Below are positions 6,443 to 15,987 of a stretch of DNA of 45,146 bases, in pieces. A program made the translations under genes and the position numbers. The stretch is from the IMG/VR virus record IMGVR_UViG_3300037760_000304, positions 1 through 45,146 of that record. The stretch is one strand, 5' to 3'. The notes below the pieces were generated by a model. That model worked only from the letters and a program-made list of their open reading frames with translations, did no database searches and had not been told where the DNA came from. This stretch comes from a virus. Each line of letters begins with the position of its first letter. The stretch's first letter is position 1.

Positions 6443-8220
6443 CCGAACCGCGGACGCTCCGGCAGCATCCCCGTGCGCCCGCCGCGGCGCATGAAGCCGA
6501 TCCCGCGGTTCGTGCCCAGGCTGTTCGGCTCGAGCTGGCCCGCCCTGAGCCCGGTGTCGCCGAGCCAGCGCCGCATGTCGGCGTCGGCCTTCTCCTGCTT
6601 GCGGCGCTCGAGGAAGCGCGCGGTGTTCCCCTCGACGCGCTCTGAGTAGTAGGCGACGGCGATCGCCAGCGCGTCGATCCGGTCGTCGAAGTGCAGGCAG
6701 CCCGGCGCCCCGGTGATGCGCGAGAGCTGGTGCGCGAGCGAGCGGTAGATCCAGCCGTCGCCGCCGTACTGCTGCGCCAGGCGGATGTCCTCTCGGAGCA
6801 CGGCCGGCGAGGTGACGAGCTTGTGGTTCGCCATGACCGGCTCGAGCGTCCGAAGGATGCGCTGCTCCTTCTTGACGTTGTGGTTCACCTCGATCACCTG
6901 GCACGGGTAGACGTCGCGCAGCGCGTCCTTTAGGAGCTTGTTGTAGGAGCCCCCGCCGAAGTTGGCCTCGGTGACGATCGCGTTCACGCCGTAGCGCGAG
7001 GCGGCGATGGCGATGCGGGGCAGCGCCTCGAAGCCGTCGATCTCCGCGCCGAGCCCGAGGAGGAAGAGCTGGCCGTTGAGGATCTTGACCGCCACCCACG
7101 CGAGCTCGTCGCGCCCGCGGCCGGAGGGGTCGACGGCGAGGATGCCGCCCTCGTAGGGGCGGAACTCACCGAGGACCGTGAGCGGCTTCACGTAGTAGTC
7201 GCCGTCGCGCCCGAGGCACTGGATGTCCGCGATGGCGAGGAGCTCGTCGGAGCTCCACATGACCTGCTCGGGGGCCGCGCGCGGATCGAGGTCCATGACG
7301 ATCAGGTCGCGCAGGCGCAGCGGGTAGAGGTCCGCGTCGCTGAGGCTCGTGTCGAGTTGGAACTGGAGCGCGAAGCCCTGGCGGCGGTACTCGATCTCGG
7401 CGGCGCGCAGCGTCTCCTCGTCGTAGCGCTCGGGATCGGTCGGCGTGCCGGCCAGCAGGGGGTCGGCGGCGAGCTCCTCTCGGATCGCCTTGGCGAGTTG
7501 GCCGCGGTAGGGCCCGAGTCCGTTCGGATCGGGGAAGCGCGCGGGCCAGCGGCGCACGGTGTAGCCCTTCTCCTCGAAGCCGTTGTAGATCGAGTCCTCT
7601 GTCTGAGGCGTGCCCAGGTTGCGGATGAAGCCGTTGGGGTTGAGCAGGGCGCCGCCGAGCTCGGCCTGGCGCGCAGCGAGCTTCATGCGGGCGCCGGGGG
7701 TCTCCGAGTTGTTCGGGATCTCCACGTCGTCGCCGCACACCGCGTCGGCGTGGAAGCCCGTCGCCTGGCCCATGATGCCCACGACGCGGACGCTCGTGTC
7801 GGCCATCGGGATTGCACCGGCTACGTCGAAGGCGAGCGCGTTGTCGCGCTCGATGCCCTTGCGCGGCTTCAGGTGCCGCACGGGCTCGAACTCCTCGAGG
7901 ATCCTTCGGACGTACTGCCCGTTCGCCAGGGCGCGCGTCTCGGCCGCGCTCGCTGTCACGATGCGCTTCTGCGGCCACCAGTAGAGGAGCCAGACGAGCA
8001 GGAAGTTCGTGATGGCCGACTTGCCGACGCCGCGGTAGCCCATGACGAGGGCCTTCTTGGGCGCGTGCTGCAAGAAGATGGCGATCTCGTACTGGCGCTT
8101 GGTCGGCTCGCCGAGCCCCATCGCCGTGAAGCCCGCGTAGAGCCACGCGCGGAAGTCGCGCAGGCGCGAGTCGTGCTCGTCGTCGTCGGGGAAGATCCAG
8201 CCTGGGCGGTTGCCGATCAC
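6439..8220 (-). CDS. terL: Terminase large subunit (T7 gp19-like)
   Basis: 593 aa. The following parallel T7 gp19 segments: VMGYRGVGKS, VCGDDVEIPNNSETPGAR, NLGTPQTE, GTPTDPERYD, FALQFQLDTSLSDADLYPLRLRD, ILAVDPSGRGRDE, TEANFGGG, TLEPVM, FDDRIDALA. Confidence 0.95.
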   Translation of the reverse strand: MIGNRPGWIFPDDDEHDSRLRDFRAWLYAGFTAMGLGEPTKRQYEIAIFLQHAPKKALVMGYRGVGKSAITNFLLVWLLYWWPQKRIVTASAAETRALANGQYVRRILEEFEPVRHLKPRKGIERDNALAFDVAGAIPMADTSVRVVGIMGQATGFHADAVCGDDVEIPNNSETPGARMKLAARQAELGGALLNPNGFIRNLGTPQTEDSIYNGFEEKGYTVRRWPARFPDPNGLGPYRGQLAKAIREELAADPLLAGTPTDPERYDEETLRAAEIEYRRQGFALQFQLDTSLSDADLYPLRLRDLIVMDLDPRAAPEQVMWSSDELLAIADIQCLGRDGDYYVKPLTVLGEFRPYEGGILAVDPSGRGRDELAWVAVKILNGQLFLLGLGAEIDGFEALPRIAIAASRYGVNAIVTEANFGGGSYNKLLKDALRDVYPCQVIEVNHNVKKEQRILRTLEPVMANHKLVTSPAVLREDIRLAQQYGGDGWIYRSLAHQLSRITGAPGCLHFDDRIDALAIAVAYYSERVEGNTARFLERRKQEKADADMRRWLGDTGLRAGQLEPNSLGTNRGIGFMRRGGRTGMLPERPRFG

Positions 8221-8513
8221 TCGTAGGGGAGCCGCTCTGGCAGCACGAAGCCGCGGCTGGGCTTGAGCTCCTGCGCAGCGGCCTTGGCCGGGCCGCGGAT
8301 GGAGGGGACGGCCGGCGCCGCGTCGGGGCCGTAGCGCACGGTGTCGATGGTGAAGCCCTGCTCGTTGAGGAAGCCCCTGATCTCGCGCAGCGTGCGCGCG
8401 ACCGTGGGGCTGGGCCGACCGCCGGCGGCCAGGTCCGCGAGGTGCTGCGAGCTGACGCGCACGAAGCGGTCGTACAGCTCGACGAGCTCCTGCTCTCGGC
8501 GGTCGGGGATCAC
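8217..8513 (-). CDS. terS: Terminase small subunit (T7 gp18-like), 98 aa from GTG 8513 (track ORF extends to 8600)
   Basis: ATGA overlap with terL. ADLAAGGRPSPTVARTLREIRGFLNEQGFTI parallels T7 gp18 ADLSDHERRSPQLYNAINKLLDRHKFQI. GTG 8513 follows the upstream stop (8516) and GGAGG. The longer form would overlap the upstream gene by 85 nt. Confidence 0.65.
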   Translation of the reverse strand: MIPDRREQELVELYDRFVRVSSQHLADLAAGGRPSPTVARTLREIRGFLNEQGFTIDTVRYGPDAAPAVPSIRGPAKAAAQELKPSRGFVLPERLPYE

Positions 8514-8515
8514 GC

Positions 8516-8824
8516 TCAGTTGCCGCCTCCGACGCCGCCGTAGGCGTCGATCAAGTCCTGGATCTGCTTCTTGTGGTAGGCCGCGCAGGTGCCCTCCCAC
8601 GTCTCGGGGATCCGATCGCAGTAGGTGCGAACGGTGTGTGTGATTCCGCCAGCCTCGACCTGCGCCTCGTAGTCAGGTAGTTGAGCCATGTCAGTGACGA
8701 TCTCCTCGATGGTGACGATGCGGGACTCGTGAATGCGTGTCCGAATCAGCATAACCCAGGTTGGGGTTAGGCCGGTGAGGAGCGCAGCTAGGACGATGAG
8801 CAGCGGCGTCCGCCATCGACTCAC
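8516..8824 (-). CDS. Single-TM protein (102 aa), lysis-cassette position (i-spanin/holin-like)
   Basis: N-terminal TM TPLLIVLAALLTGLTPTWVMLI. ATGA overlap with the upstream gene. Confidence 0.55.
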   Translation of the reverse strand: MSRWRTPLLIVLAALLTGLTPTWVMLIRTRIHESRIVTIEEIVTDMAQLPDYEAQVEAGGITHTVRTYCDRIPETWEGTCAAYHKKQIQDLIDAYGGVGGGN

Positions 8825-9150
8825 CCTTTTGGTCCCTGGTCCTTGGGCAGGTTGGCCGTGAACTTGTCGACGACATCCTGCACGGTGTCTCGGTGTCGTT
8901 CCATCTGGTGCGCGAAGGCGGCCGTGAGCTTGTCGAGGGACTTGTCGTAGGCGATGCGCTCGCGGTCGAGGCTCTCTGTGAACTTGTCGACAGAGCGGTC
9001 TCGCGCTGCGCGCTCCGCGGCGAGCTCGTCGCTGAACGCCTTGAGCGTGCGCGGGCCGGTGACGACGATCAGGTAGAAGGCGAGGCCGGCGAAGCCGACG
9101 GACGACGCGATCTCTACCCAGCCGATGTCGAAGGGGCCCGCTTCCATCAT
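8821..9150 (-). CDS. Single-TM plus coiled-coil protein (109 aa), holin/i-spanin-like
   Basis: TM IASSVGFAGLAFYLIVVTG then a charged helical tail. ATGA overlaps on both sides. Confidence 0.55.
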   Translation of the reverse strand: MMEAGPFDIGWVEIASSVGFAGLAFYLIVVTGPRTLKAFSDELAAERAARDRSVDKFTESLDRERIAYDKSLDKLTAAFAHQMERHRDTVQDVVDKFTANLPKDQGPKG

Positions 9151-9419
9151 GGCCCGGTCGGAACGTTGACGCGCTCCGCGAGCGTCTCTACGCGGTCGGC
9201 GAGGTAGGTGAGCGCCTGCACGGTTTCGGAGCGCTGCGCTTGGTTCGACGACTCGAAGGCCGCGATGAGCTTCGTTCGCGCCTCCCTCTCGTCGCGCAGA
9301 TCGTCGCGCGCCTCGACCGCCAGGCGTCGCGCGGTCGAGTGCAGGATGAGCAGGCTGGCGAGCTGCGCTGCGCCGAACACGGCGAGGCCGAGCGAGAATA
9401 TTTGCAGGTCGGACATCAT
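9147..9419 (-). CDS. Single-TM plus coiled-coil protein (90 aa), holin-like (T7 gp17.5 position)
   Basis: TM IFSLGLAVFGAAQLASLLIL then a charged tail. Lies directly after the gp16-like gene. Confidence 0.55.
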   Translation of the reverse strand: MMSDLQIFSLGLAVFGAAQLASLLILHSTARRLAVEARDDLRDEREARTKLIAAFESSNQAQRSETVQALTYLADRVETLAERVNVPTGP

Positions 9420-12400
9420 GGACCCCCTGGCGTCACGAGGCCGGGCAGGCGCAGCGATGCACCTCCGGGCAGGAGCGACGGTAGCCCCTGTCCGCTCTGC
9501 GCCCGACGCCGGCGCACTCCGAGGGCATCGTACTGCCTCCGCAGGTCGGAGTATTCCCTGAGCACCTGATCGAAGGCGCGATCGCGGTACTGGCGGATGA
9601 CGTTCTCGACGAGCGAGACGCGCGGGCTCTCCAGGTCCGGGGTGCTCTCGGCGGGGAGAGCCTGGTAGCGGCGGCTCGTGACGAGCTGGCGCAGGGCCGT
9701 GCGCAGGTCGCGCCCGCCCACCTGCACGTCACCGTGGAGCTGTTGCCAGCGATCGAAGGCGGTCTGCCCGCTCGTGCTGCGGTAGCTGAGCAGGTCGACG
9801 CCGCCGCGAGTCGGCGAGGGGGCGCCGAAGCCGTGGTTGAGCATGGCGAGCTGCTGGTCGACCACGCTGTCCGAGACCTCGCTGTAGGCGACCGGCATCC
9901 AGATCCGGGTGAGCTGGCCCAGCGTGTCCTCGCCGAGGCGCCGGGTGCGCTCGATCGGCTCGCCGAGCACGTTGCGCCGCGGCTCCAGGCCGGCGGAGAG
10001 GCCGGGGATGCGGTTGCGGATCGCGTCGAGGATGCCGCGCACCTCGCGCATGTTCTGGTCGCCCGCGAGGTCGACACCGGAGGCGATGGCGGAGGGGACG
10101 ACGAACGAGCCGACGAGCTGCTCGAGGAAGCGCTCGGCGCGGCGCTCGGGCGCCGAGAGGGCCTCCACGAAGTTGCGGATGCCCGTCAGGTAGCTCTTCT
10201 GCGTGAGCTGGTTCGAGAGCGCGACGACGGCGCTGGCGCCGAGGGTTGTCACCGTGTCCTGATCGCTCGTGTCCGTCCACTGCGCGTATTCGTGCAGGTC
10301 GGCGGCGACACCCACGATGGCGGCGAAGGGGTCGAGGCGCTCGTAGCTGATCCAGCGGTCGCCGACGCGCACGGAGTAGGGGCGCCAACCGGCGTTCATC
10401 AGCGCGGCGCGGCGGTTCGGCTCGTCAGGCCCGCGGCCGGTGATCTTCCCGGATGCGGTCATGCCGTAGAAGAAGCCGAGCGTCCCGAAGCCGAGCGTGA
10501 GCCGGCCCACCGCGTCGGCCTTGCGCGCGGGCGAGCCGGAGAGCATGTCCTTCAGGAAGACGTTGCGTGTCCGCTCGAGCGCCGGCATTGGCAGCAGGCC
10601 GATCTTGGCTCCTGCCAGGTGCCCAGGGCCGAGCACGTCGACACGGCGCGCGGCGAACTTGAGCAGGTTGATCGGGGTGCCGATGAAGGGCACGACGAGC
10701 CGCAGTGTCGGGTGCGCCACAACGGCGTCCTGGAGCTTCTTCGAGAGCGTGCCCTTCTCCAGTCCGCCGGTGGCCGTCACCTCGTCGGCGCGCTGGAGCG
10801 CGGTGTCGATGATCTCCTTCGAGCGCTCGTCGAAGTTCGCTTGCAGGTACGCCTTCGCGTCGTCGAGCGCGGCCGTGCCGCGCAGGCCCTTGCGGTTGGC
10901 GAGCTCCATGCCCTCGCGCAGGAGCCTCCCGCTCGTCTCGGCCTGGCCGTCGCGGATGACCCTCGCCATGCCGCTCTCGACGTACTCGGCGAGCGCCTCG
11001 TCCTTGAGGCCGAGCTTCATCGCGTCGCGGTGGAGCTCGTCGCGCGAGACCGAGCGGAAGTTGATCTGTTTCGTGAACTCGTCGATGGAACCGATCGCCG
11101 CGGACGGGAGCGGGATGATCGTGTCCATCGCGCGGAGCATGGCGCCGCCGAACTCGCTGCGCGCGAAGCTGCGGACGAGCGGGCTGCCGGCCTCGCCCAG
11201 GATGTCGGGCGAGAAGGCTCCGGGGCGGCGCGTGCCGTTGATCTCGGCTCGCAGGTGAGCGCTCGACTCCGCGTACTTGCCGGCCGTGCGCAGTTCGGGG
11301 CGCACCAGCTTCGGCGAGAGCACTCCGCGTCGGTTGCGGAATGCCTGACCGGCGACCCTGAATGCCTCGCTCGTTCCCCGGAAGAGCCCCGTGAACTGCC
11401 GCACGCCGCTCGCGATCTCGTCGGCGTTGCCGATCAGGGCGCCACCGAGCACGCGCTCGAGCGGGCGCGTCATGCTCGTGAGCACCGGGCCGACGAAGTT
11501 GATCGTGAGCGTGCGCGCGCCGGAGAGCAGGCCGTTGATCCAGACCTCGTTGAGGATGTTGAAGCCGTGGTCGGCGCCGACGGAGCGCACCACGCTCCCC
11601 AAGCCAGCGGCGCCGGCGAGACCGCCTTCGTCCATCGCCGCGCGGATCTTGCGCAGCGCGTCAAGGGCGCGCGCCTCGCCGCCGAGCTCGCGCAGGATGC
11701 CGTCCGCCTGCTCGTCGACCGCGCGCTGGAAGATGCCCGGTCCCTCCTCGCGCAGCTTCTTGGTCAGGGTGCGCAGGGGGATGCCGAAGGCGCGCAGCGC
11801 GCGCCCGGTGTCGGCCTGGAGGCTGAGGACGCCGGCTGTGAGGTCGGTGAAGAACTGCACATCCTCGAACGCGCGCGCGAGCTTGATCTTGCGCAGCGCC
11901 GGGTCGAACTCGGCGAGCGCTGCGTCGAGCGAGCGCTGCACCGAGCCAGACGTCGAGAGCATGATCGTCTCCCACGCCTGGGTGCGCGTGGTGAGCGCGC
12001 GCAGGTCGCCCGCGTCCTTGGCGATCGCAGCGCGCAGCACGTCGCGGCTGTCGCCGGCCTGCACGATGTCGGACACCGCGGCCTCGCTGGCGAGCCGCAT
12101 CTCCTCGAGGCTGCGCGGGGAGAGCGACTCCAGGTTGCCGGCGCCGTAGGTGCGCGAGAGGCCCTCGACGACGCGGACGAAGCGCGCGATGCCCTTCGGC
12201 CCCTGGAAGCGAGCGAGGTTGAGGTCGTTCGGGGCGAGCAGGTTGTCCGAGAGCTCCTCCGGGGTCATGCCCCGCGGCTGCGTCTTCGGGTCGATGCCGG
12301 CGCGCGCGGCGCGGCGGGCGTCGAGCACCCCGGCAACCGCCTCCGGATCAACAGGCAGCGGTGCCAGCGGCTCCTTGCGGGGCGCGCGCGCTTCGAGCTG

Positions 12401-13279
12401 GCGCTGGACCGCGGCCACCGCCTCGGGGTCGTCGAAGAGCTCGCGGAGCAGGCCCTCCGGGTCGTCCGGGATCGGCTCCTCCTTCGGCGCTTTCCCGACC
12501 TCGATCGTCTCCTGCGGCCGGTTGGGGTCGCGCGGCGCCGGGTCGAGCGCCCGCGCGATCTCCTCGGGCGGCGCGGCCTCACGCACCTCGCGCGCGACGG
12601 CCTTGAGGCTCTTGCCCTCCTGGAGCGCCCGTCGCTGCGCACGCAGGCCGCGGAGGCCCAGGGCGAAGAGGTCGACGAAGCCGCCGACCAGCGCGCCCTC
12701 GAGCGCGTTCTTGAGCCTGCCCTCGACCTCCCCGTCATCGGGGTCGGCGGCGAGGAACTCGGTGACGGGGTTCGAGAGCGAGGGGAACTGCTCGAGCAGG
12801 TTGGAGAGCCGCTCCTCGTGGGCCTCGAACACGGCGAAGTCGGCGATGGCCCCGGCGGCGGCCGTCTTCCCCACGGCGACGAGTCGCGCCTGGGCGGCCG
12901 TGCGCGCAGCGGTGCGGGCGGCGTTGCCGGCGGAGAAGAGCCGCGAGGCCGCGCCGACGGCGGGCAGTCCGACCCCGACGAAGCCGGTCGCGAAGGTGGC
13001 GACCCCCTCGACGATGCCGCCGGCCAGGGTGCGGCTCGACCCGAGGAGCCGCAGGTCCGCATCGGGCAGCGCGTCGAAGGCCAGCGCGTCGACCAGGCCG
13101 TACAGGCTGTCCGCGGCCCCCAGGACGCCGCGCACGGGCGCGAGGGCGATGTCGCCGACCACCCCGCCGAACGAGAGCTCCTCGTCGTCACGGGCTCGCT
13201 GGGCGCCCTGGGCGCCTCCTCGCGCGAAGCGGGACGTGAGACCGGGGGCGACGACCTGATCGAATCCGAAGTCGGGCAT
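9416..13279 (-). CDS. Internal virion/ejection protein, gp16-like by size and position (1287 aa from ATG 13279)
   Basis: Track ORF 9416..13345. ATG 13279 shares one base with the upstream TGA (TGATG). T7 gp16 is 1318 aa at the same position. No lytic transglycosylase motif seen. Confidence 0.75.
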   Translation of the reverse strand: MPDFGFDQVVAPGLTSRFARGGAQGAQRARDDEELSFGGVVGDIALAPVRGVLGAADSLYGLVDALAFDALPDADLRLLGSSRTLAGGIVEGVATFATGFVGVGLPAVGAASRLFSAGNAARTAARTAAQARLVAVGKTAAAGAIADFAVFEAHEERLSNLLEQFPSLSNPVTEFLAADPDDGEVEGRLKNALEGALVGGFVDLFALGLRGLRAQRRALQEGKSLKAVAREVREAAPPEEIARALDPAPRDPNRPQETIEVGKAPKEEPIPDDPEGLLRELFDDPEAVAAVQRQLEARAPRKEPLAPLPVDPEAVAGVLDARRAARAGIDPKTQPRGMTPEELSDNLLAPNDLNLARFQGPKGIARFVRVVEGLSRTYGAGNLESLSPRSLEEMRLASEAAVSDIVQAGDSRDVLRAAIAKDAGDLRALTTRTQAWETIMLSTSGSVQRSLDAALAEFDPALRKIKLARAFEDVQFFTDLTAGVLSLQADTGRALRAFGIPLRTLTKKLREEGPGIFQRAVDEQADGILRELGGEARALDALRKIRAAMDEGGLAGAAGLGSVVRSVGADHGFNILNEVWINGLLSGARTLTINFVGPVLTSMTRPLERVLGGALIGNADEIASGVRQFTGLFRGTSEAFRVAGQAFRNRRGVLSPKLVRPELRTAGKYAESSAHLRAEINGTRRPGAFSPDILGEAGSPLVRSFARSEFGGAMLRAMDTIIPLPSAAIGSIDEFTKQINFRSVSRDELHRDAMKLGLKDEALAEYVESGMARVIRDGQAETSGRLLREGMELANRKGLRGTAALDDAKAYLQANFDERSKEIIDTALQRADEVTATGGLEKGTLSKKLQDAVVAHPTLRLVVPFIGTPINLLKFAARRVDVLGPGHLAGAKIGLLPMPALERTRNVFLKDMLSGSPARKADAVGRLTLGFGTLGFFYGMTASGKITGRGPDEPNRRAALMNAGWRPYSVRVGDRWISYERLDPFAAIVGVAADLHEYAQWTDTSDQDTVTTLGASAVVALSNQLTQKSYLTGIRNFVEALSAPERRAERFLEQLVGSFVVPSAIASGVDLAGDQNMREVRGILDAIRNRIPGLSAGLEPRRNVLGEPIERTRRLGEDTLGQLTRIWMPVAYSEVSDSVVDQQLAMLNHGFGAPSPTRGGVDLLSYRSTSGQTAFDRWQQLHGDVQVGGRDLRTALRQLVTSRRYQALPAESTPDLESPRVSLVENVIRQYRDRAFDQVLREYSDLRRQYDALGVRRRRAQSGQGLPSLLPGGASLRLPGLVTPGGP

Positions 13280-15987
13280 CAGCGTCCGTTCCTGGCCGCG
13301 GCGGCTTCTTGGCGGCGCGCGAGGGCGAGCTGGGTGTCGCGCCACACCTGCTGCGCGGCCGGCGTGGTGATACCCCAGGCGAGCAGGAGGCGGTCGAGGT
13401 CGTCGCCGCGCGTGTTCCAGAACCGGCGAAAGCTGGCCTCGCTGTCGAAGAAGGGCGTCGAGAAGGGGGGGATGTCCTTCACCGGCAGGCTCACCTCGAC
13501 CTCCTCGAGCCCGACCGGCTGCCCATCGACGAAGCGGTTGGCGAGGATCTTGGCCTTGCCGGCCACCACCTCCTCGATCGGAATGCCGACCGGCCCCATG
13601 ACGGCCACGTACTGCCCGCCGGCCTTCGAGCGGTCCTCGCCGAGGTCGGTCGCGAGGCGCTGGCGCAGGCGCGCGCGGGCGTTCGAGAGGGGCAGGCGGC
13701 GGGCCAGGAGCCCGCTGGCGTAGGGTGCGGCCTGGATCGAGGCGAAGAGGCTTGGGTCGCTCACCGCGGCGCGCGCGGCCAGCCGCTCGTTCCCCTGCGT
13801 CGTCAGGGTGTTCGGGGCGCCGTCGGCGATCGCGAGCCCGCGCGTGACGTCGATGCGGAAGTCGGCCTCGCGGATCTCCGCCTGCCGCACCGCGTCACCC
13901 TCCAACCCTTCGGAGAGGCCGAGGAACTGCCCTTGCGCTTCGATGTCGGAGCCGCCGAGATCCTTCAGCCGCTCGCGCGCGAGCTCCGTCCCGGTCTGAA
14001 TCAGGGTTCGCTCGACGTTCGTGGGGTCGACCGGCTTCCCGCGCAGGCGCTCGAGAGCACGCTCCCGGAGCTCGACGTCGAGCTCGAGCAGGGCGCTCGC
14101 GCGGCCGGCGGGGCCGACACCGGCGAGCTTGAGCTGTTCCTCCATTGCCGCGCGCACGTCCTGTGTCGTGGCCTGCACCCGCGGCGAGAGCAGCGTCCCG
14201 TCGATGTCCTGCTGGCGCTTCTCGGCGGAGAGCGTCCACTGGCGCAACTCGTCCTCGTCGAAGCGCCCCTGGAACTCGCGTCGCATCTGCGCCGCCGAGG
14301 CGTTGTCGAGCAGGGCCGTCAGGGCCTCCTTCTTGGCCGTCTCCAGGCGCACGGCCCCCGCCTGGGCCTTCTCGACCATCCGGGCCTCGAAGCGCGCAGC
14401 GAGCTTCTCCGTGGCCTCCACGTCGAGCTGGCCGTTCGACCATGCCCCGCTCTCGCGCAGGGCGGCGTTGAAGGCCGCGCGGTCCGTGCGCAGCTCCTCC
14501 TCCAGGGCGAGCCCCTCGCCCGTGGGCAGCCCGGCGGGGGCCCCGATGCGGTTCAGCCGGTCGCTGGCCTGGCGGTAGATCGACGAGTTGGTGAACCCCT
14601 CGCGCACCTCCTGGATGCGCGCGCGCACGAGACTCATCGTGCTCTCGAGCTCCGGGCCCTGGAGCCCCGCGCCGGCGAGCGCGCGCACGGAATCCTCCAG
14701 GTCGACGAGCTCCGCCTCGGTGCGGGCCAGTGTGATGGCCTGCCGGGTCTCCTCCAGCACGGCCGGATCGGAGCGGTGCTCGTTGTCGAGGATCGCGTCG
14801 ATGAAGAGCAGCCCGTCGCGTCGCAGGTGCTCCGCGTTGGGCCTGACGTCATCGGACTGCGCCTCGTACTCGACGCGCGCCTCGAGCTCCGAGCGAAGCT
14901 GGCGCCGCGCCTCGCTGGCCGGCAGCCCCTCCTCGCGCAGGGCGCGGGCCGAGCCGAGCAGGTACTCCTCCTGCGCGCGCTGCTGCTCCTGGCGCGCGAC
15001 GGCCTGATCCCGAAGCTGCTCGCGCTGCTGGTAGTCGGCCTCCTGGCGCAGCTTCTCGCGCTTCGTGGCGAGGAGGATCGCGGTCCCCGGGTACTCGTCG
15101 AGCGTCTGCTGGCCGACCTTGAAGTCCGAGATGACCGTGTTCAGCGAGAGCAGCGCGCGGTCGGGGTCGTCCTGGGCCAAGAGGTCGACGCCGCGCAGAA
15201 GCCCCTGCGCCGTGACCTCGCGCCAGTTCTCGACGCCGGCCCGCCACAGGTCGTCCGCGCGCTGCTGCACGGCGGCGCCGATCACGAGCACCTCCTCGGC
15301 CGGGGCGCCGCGCGTGCGCAGCGCGAGGTTCGTGAGCTCGTCCCCCACGTTGCGCTGGAGTTGGCGCAACTCGGCCGCGTCGATCGAGGCCTGCGCCTCG
15401 GCCATGAGCCCGGGCCCCAGGCGCTCGAGCTCGTTGGCGAAGGCGGCGCTGCCGAGCGTCGACTGGAGGAACACGCCGCCGCGGTAGCGCGCGACCTCCT
15501 CGCCGTAGATCGCGAGGGCGTCCGTGCCGGGCAGGAACGCGCCGGTTGCCGGGTCGACGCGCGGCAGATGCTCGCCCTGACCGAGGCGCTGCTGCACCGC
15601 AAGGAGAGCCCGCTGCCCGGCCGCGCGCCCCTCGGCCGTGCGCAGCGCGATCGAGAAGTAGGGGTTCTCGGCGCGCGAGATGAGCCCCCGGCTGACCGCG
15701 CGGCCGAGGATCCTGGCGCGGGCGTCCGGGTCGTCCGGCGCGGCATCGAGGAGCTCCTGCACGAGCTCGGGGTTTGCCGCGACCTGGCCGCGCTCCTTCT
15801 CGAACTGCCGCGCGCCCTCGATCCGCCCGCGCTGGATGAGCGCGGCCTCGATGCCGCCGAGCTCCTGGGAGATCGGGGCGAAGGAGGAGCCGACCACGGG
15901 GGCGGAGATCGCCGCCGACGCCTGCACGCCCGCCGCCGGCACGAGCCGGGGGAAGCGCGGGCCACCCTGGACCTGCGGGCGAGCCAT
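13279..15987 (-). CDS. Internal virion protein, gp15-like by position (902 aa)
   Basis: Track ORF. TAATG overlap with the upstream gene. Helical, Ala/Glu/Arg/Leu-rich. Confidence 0.75.
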   Translation of the reverse strand: MARPQVQGGPRFPRLVPAAGVQASAAISAPVVGSSFAPISQELGGIEAALIQRGRIEGARQFEKERGQVAANPELVQELLDAAPDDPDARARILGRAVSRGLISRAENPYFSIALRTAEGRAAGQRALLAVQQRLGQGEHLPRVDPATGAFLPGTDALAIYGEEVARYRGGVFLQSTLGSAAFANELERLGPGLMAEAQASIDAAELRQLQRNVGDELTNLALRTRGAPAEEVLVIGAAVQQRADDLWRAGVENWREVTAQGLLRGVDLLAQDDPDRALLSLNTVISDFKVGQQTLDEYPGTAILLATKREKLRQEADYQQREQLRDQAVARQEQQRAQEEYLLGSARALREEGLPASEARRQLRSELEARVEYEAQSDDVRPNAEHLRRDGLLFIDAILDNEHRSDPAVLEETRQAITLARTEAELVDLEDSVRALAGAGLQGPELESTMSLVRARIQEVREGFTNSSIYRQASDRLNRIGAPAGLPTGEGLALEEELRTDRAAFNAALRESGAWSNGQLDVEATEKLAARFEARMVEKAQAGAVRLETAKKEALTALLDNASAAQMRREFQGRFDEDELRQWTLSAEKRQQDIDGTLLSPRVQATTQDVRAAMEEQLKLAGVGPAGRASALLELDVELRERALERLRGKPVDPTNVERTLIQTGTELARERLKDLGGSDIEAQGQFLGLSEGLEGDAVRQAEIREADFRIDVTRGLAIADGAPNTLTTQGNERLAARAAVSDPSLFASIQAAPYASGLLARRLPLSNARARLRQRLATDLGEDRSKAGGQYVAVMGPVGIPIEEVVAGKAKILANRFVDGQPVGLEEVEVSLPVKDIPPFSTPFFDSEASFRRFWNTRGDDLDRLLLAWGITTPAAQQVWRDTQLALARRQEAAAARNGR

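Noticed and set aside
4117-7099. ORFs 4117..5760 (+, 547 aa) and 5711..7099 (-, 462 aa), which bridge several genes.
   Set aside because: These are Arg/Pro-rich low-complexity translations. They cut across the HNH, VRR-NUC and terL genes, which have recognisable motifs in other frames.
9734-13723. Very long ORFs antisense to the virion and early genes. On the plus strand: 9734..13723, 13309..16068, 16137..20216, 20042..21829, 23479..25473. On the minus strand: 25013..26365, 26372..29002, 32922..34634, 40724..42187, 42745..44106.
   Set aside because: These are shadow frames typical of very GC-rich DNA. Their translations are dominated by Arg, Ala, Gly, Pro, His and Asp, with no motifs. Each lies fully opposite a gene with clear T7-family motifs or normal protein composition.
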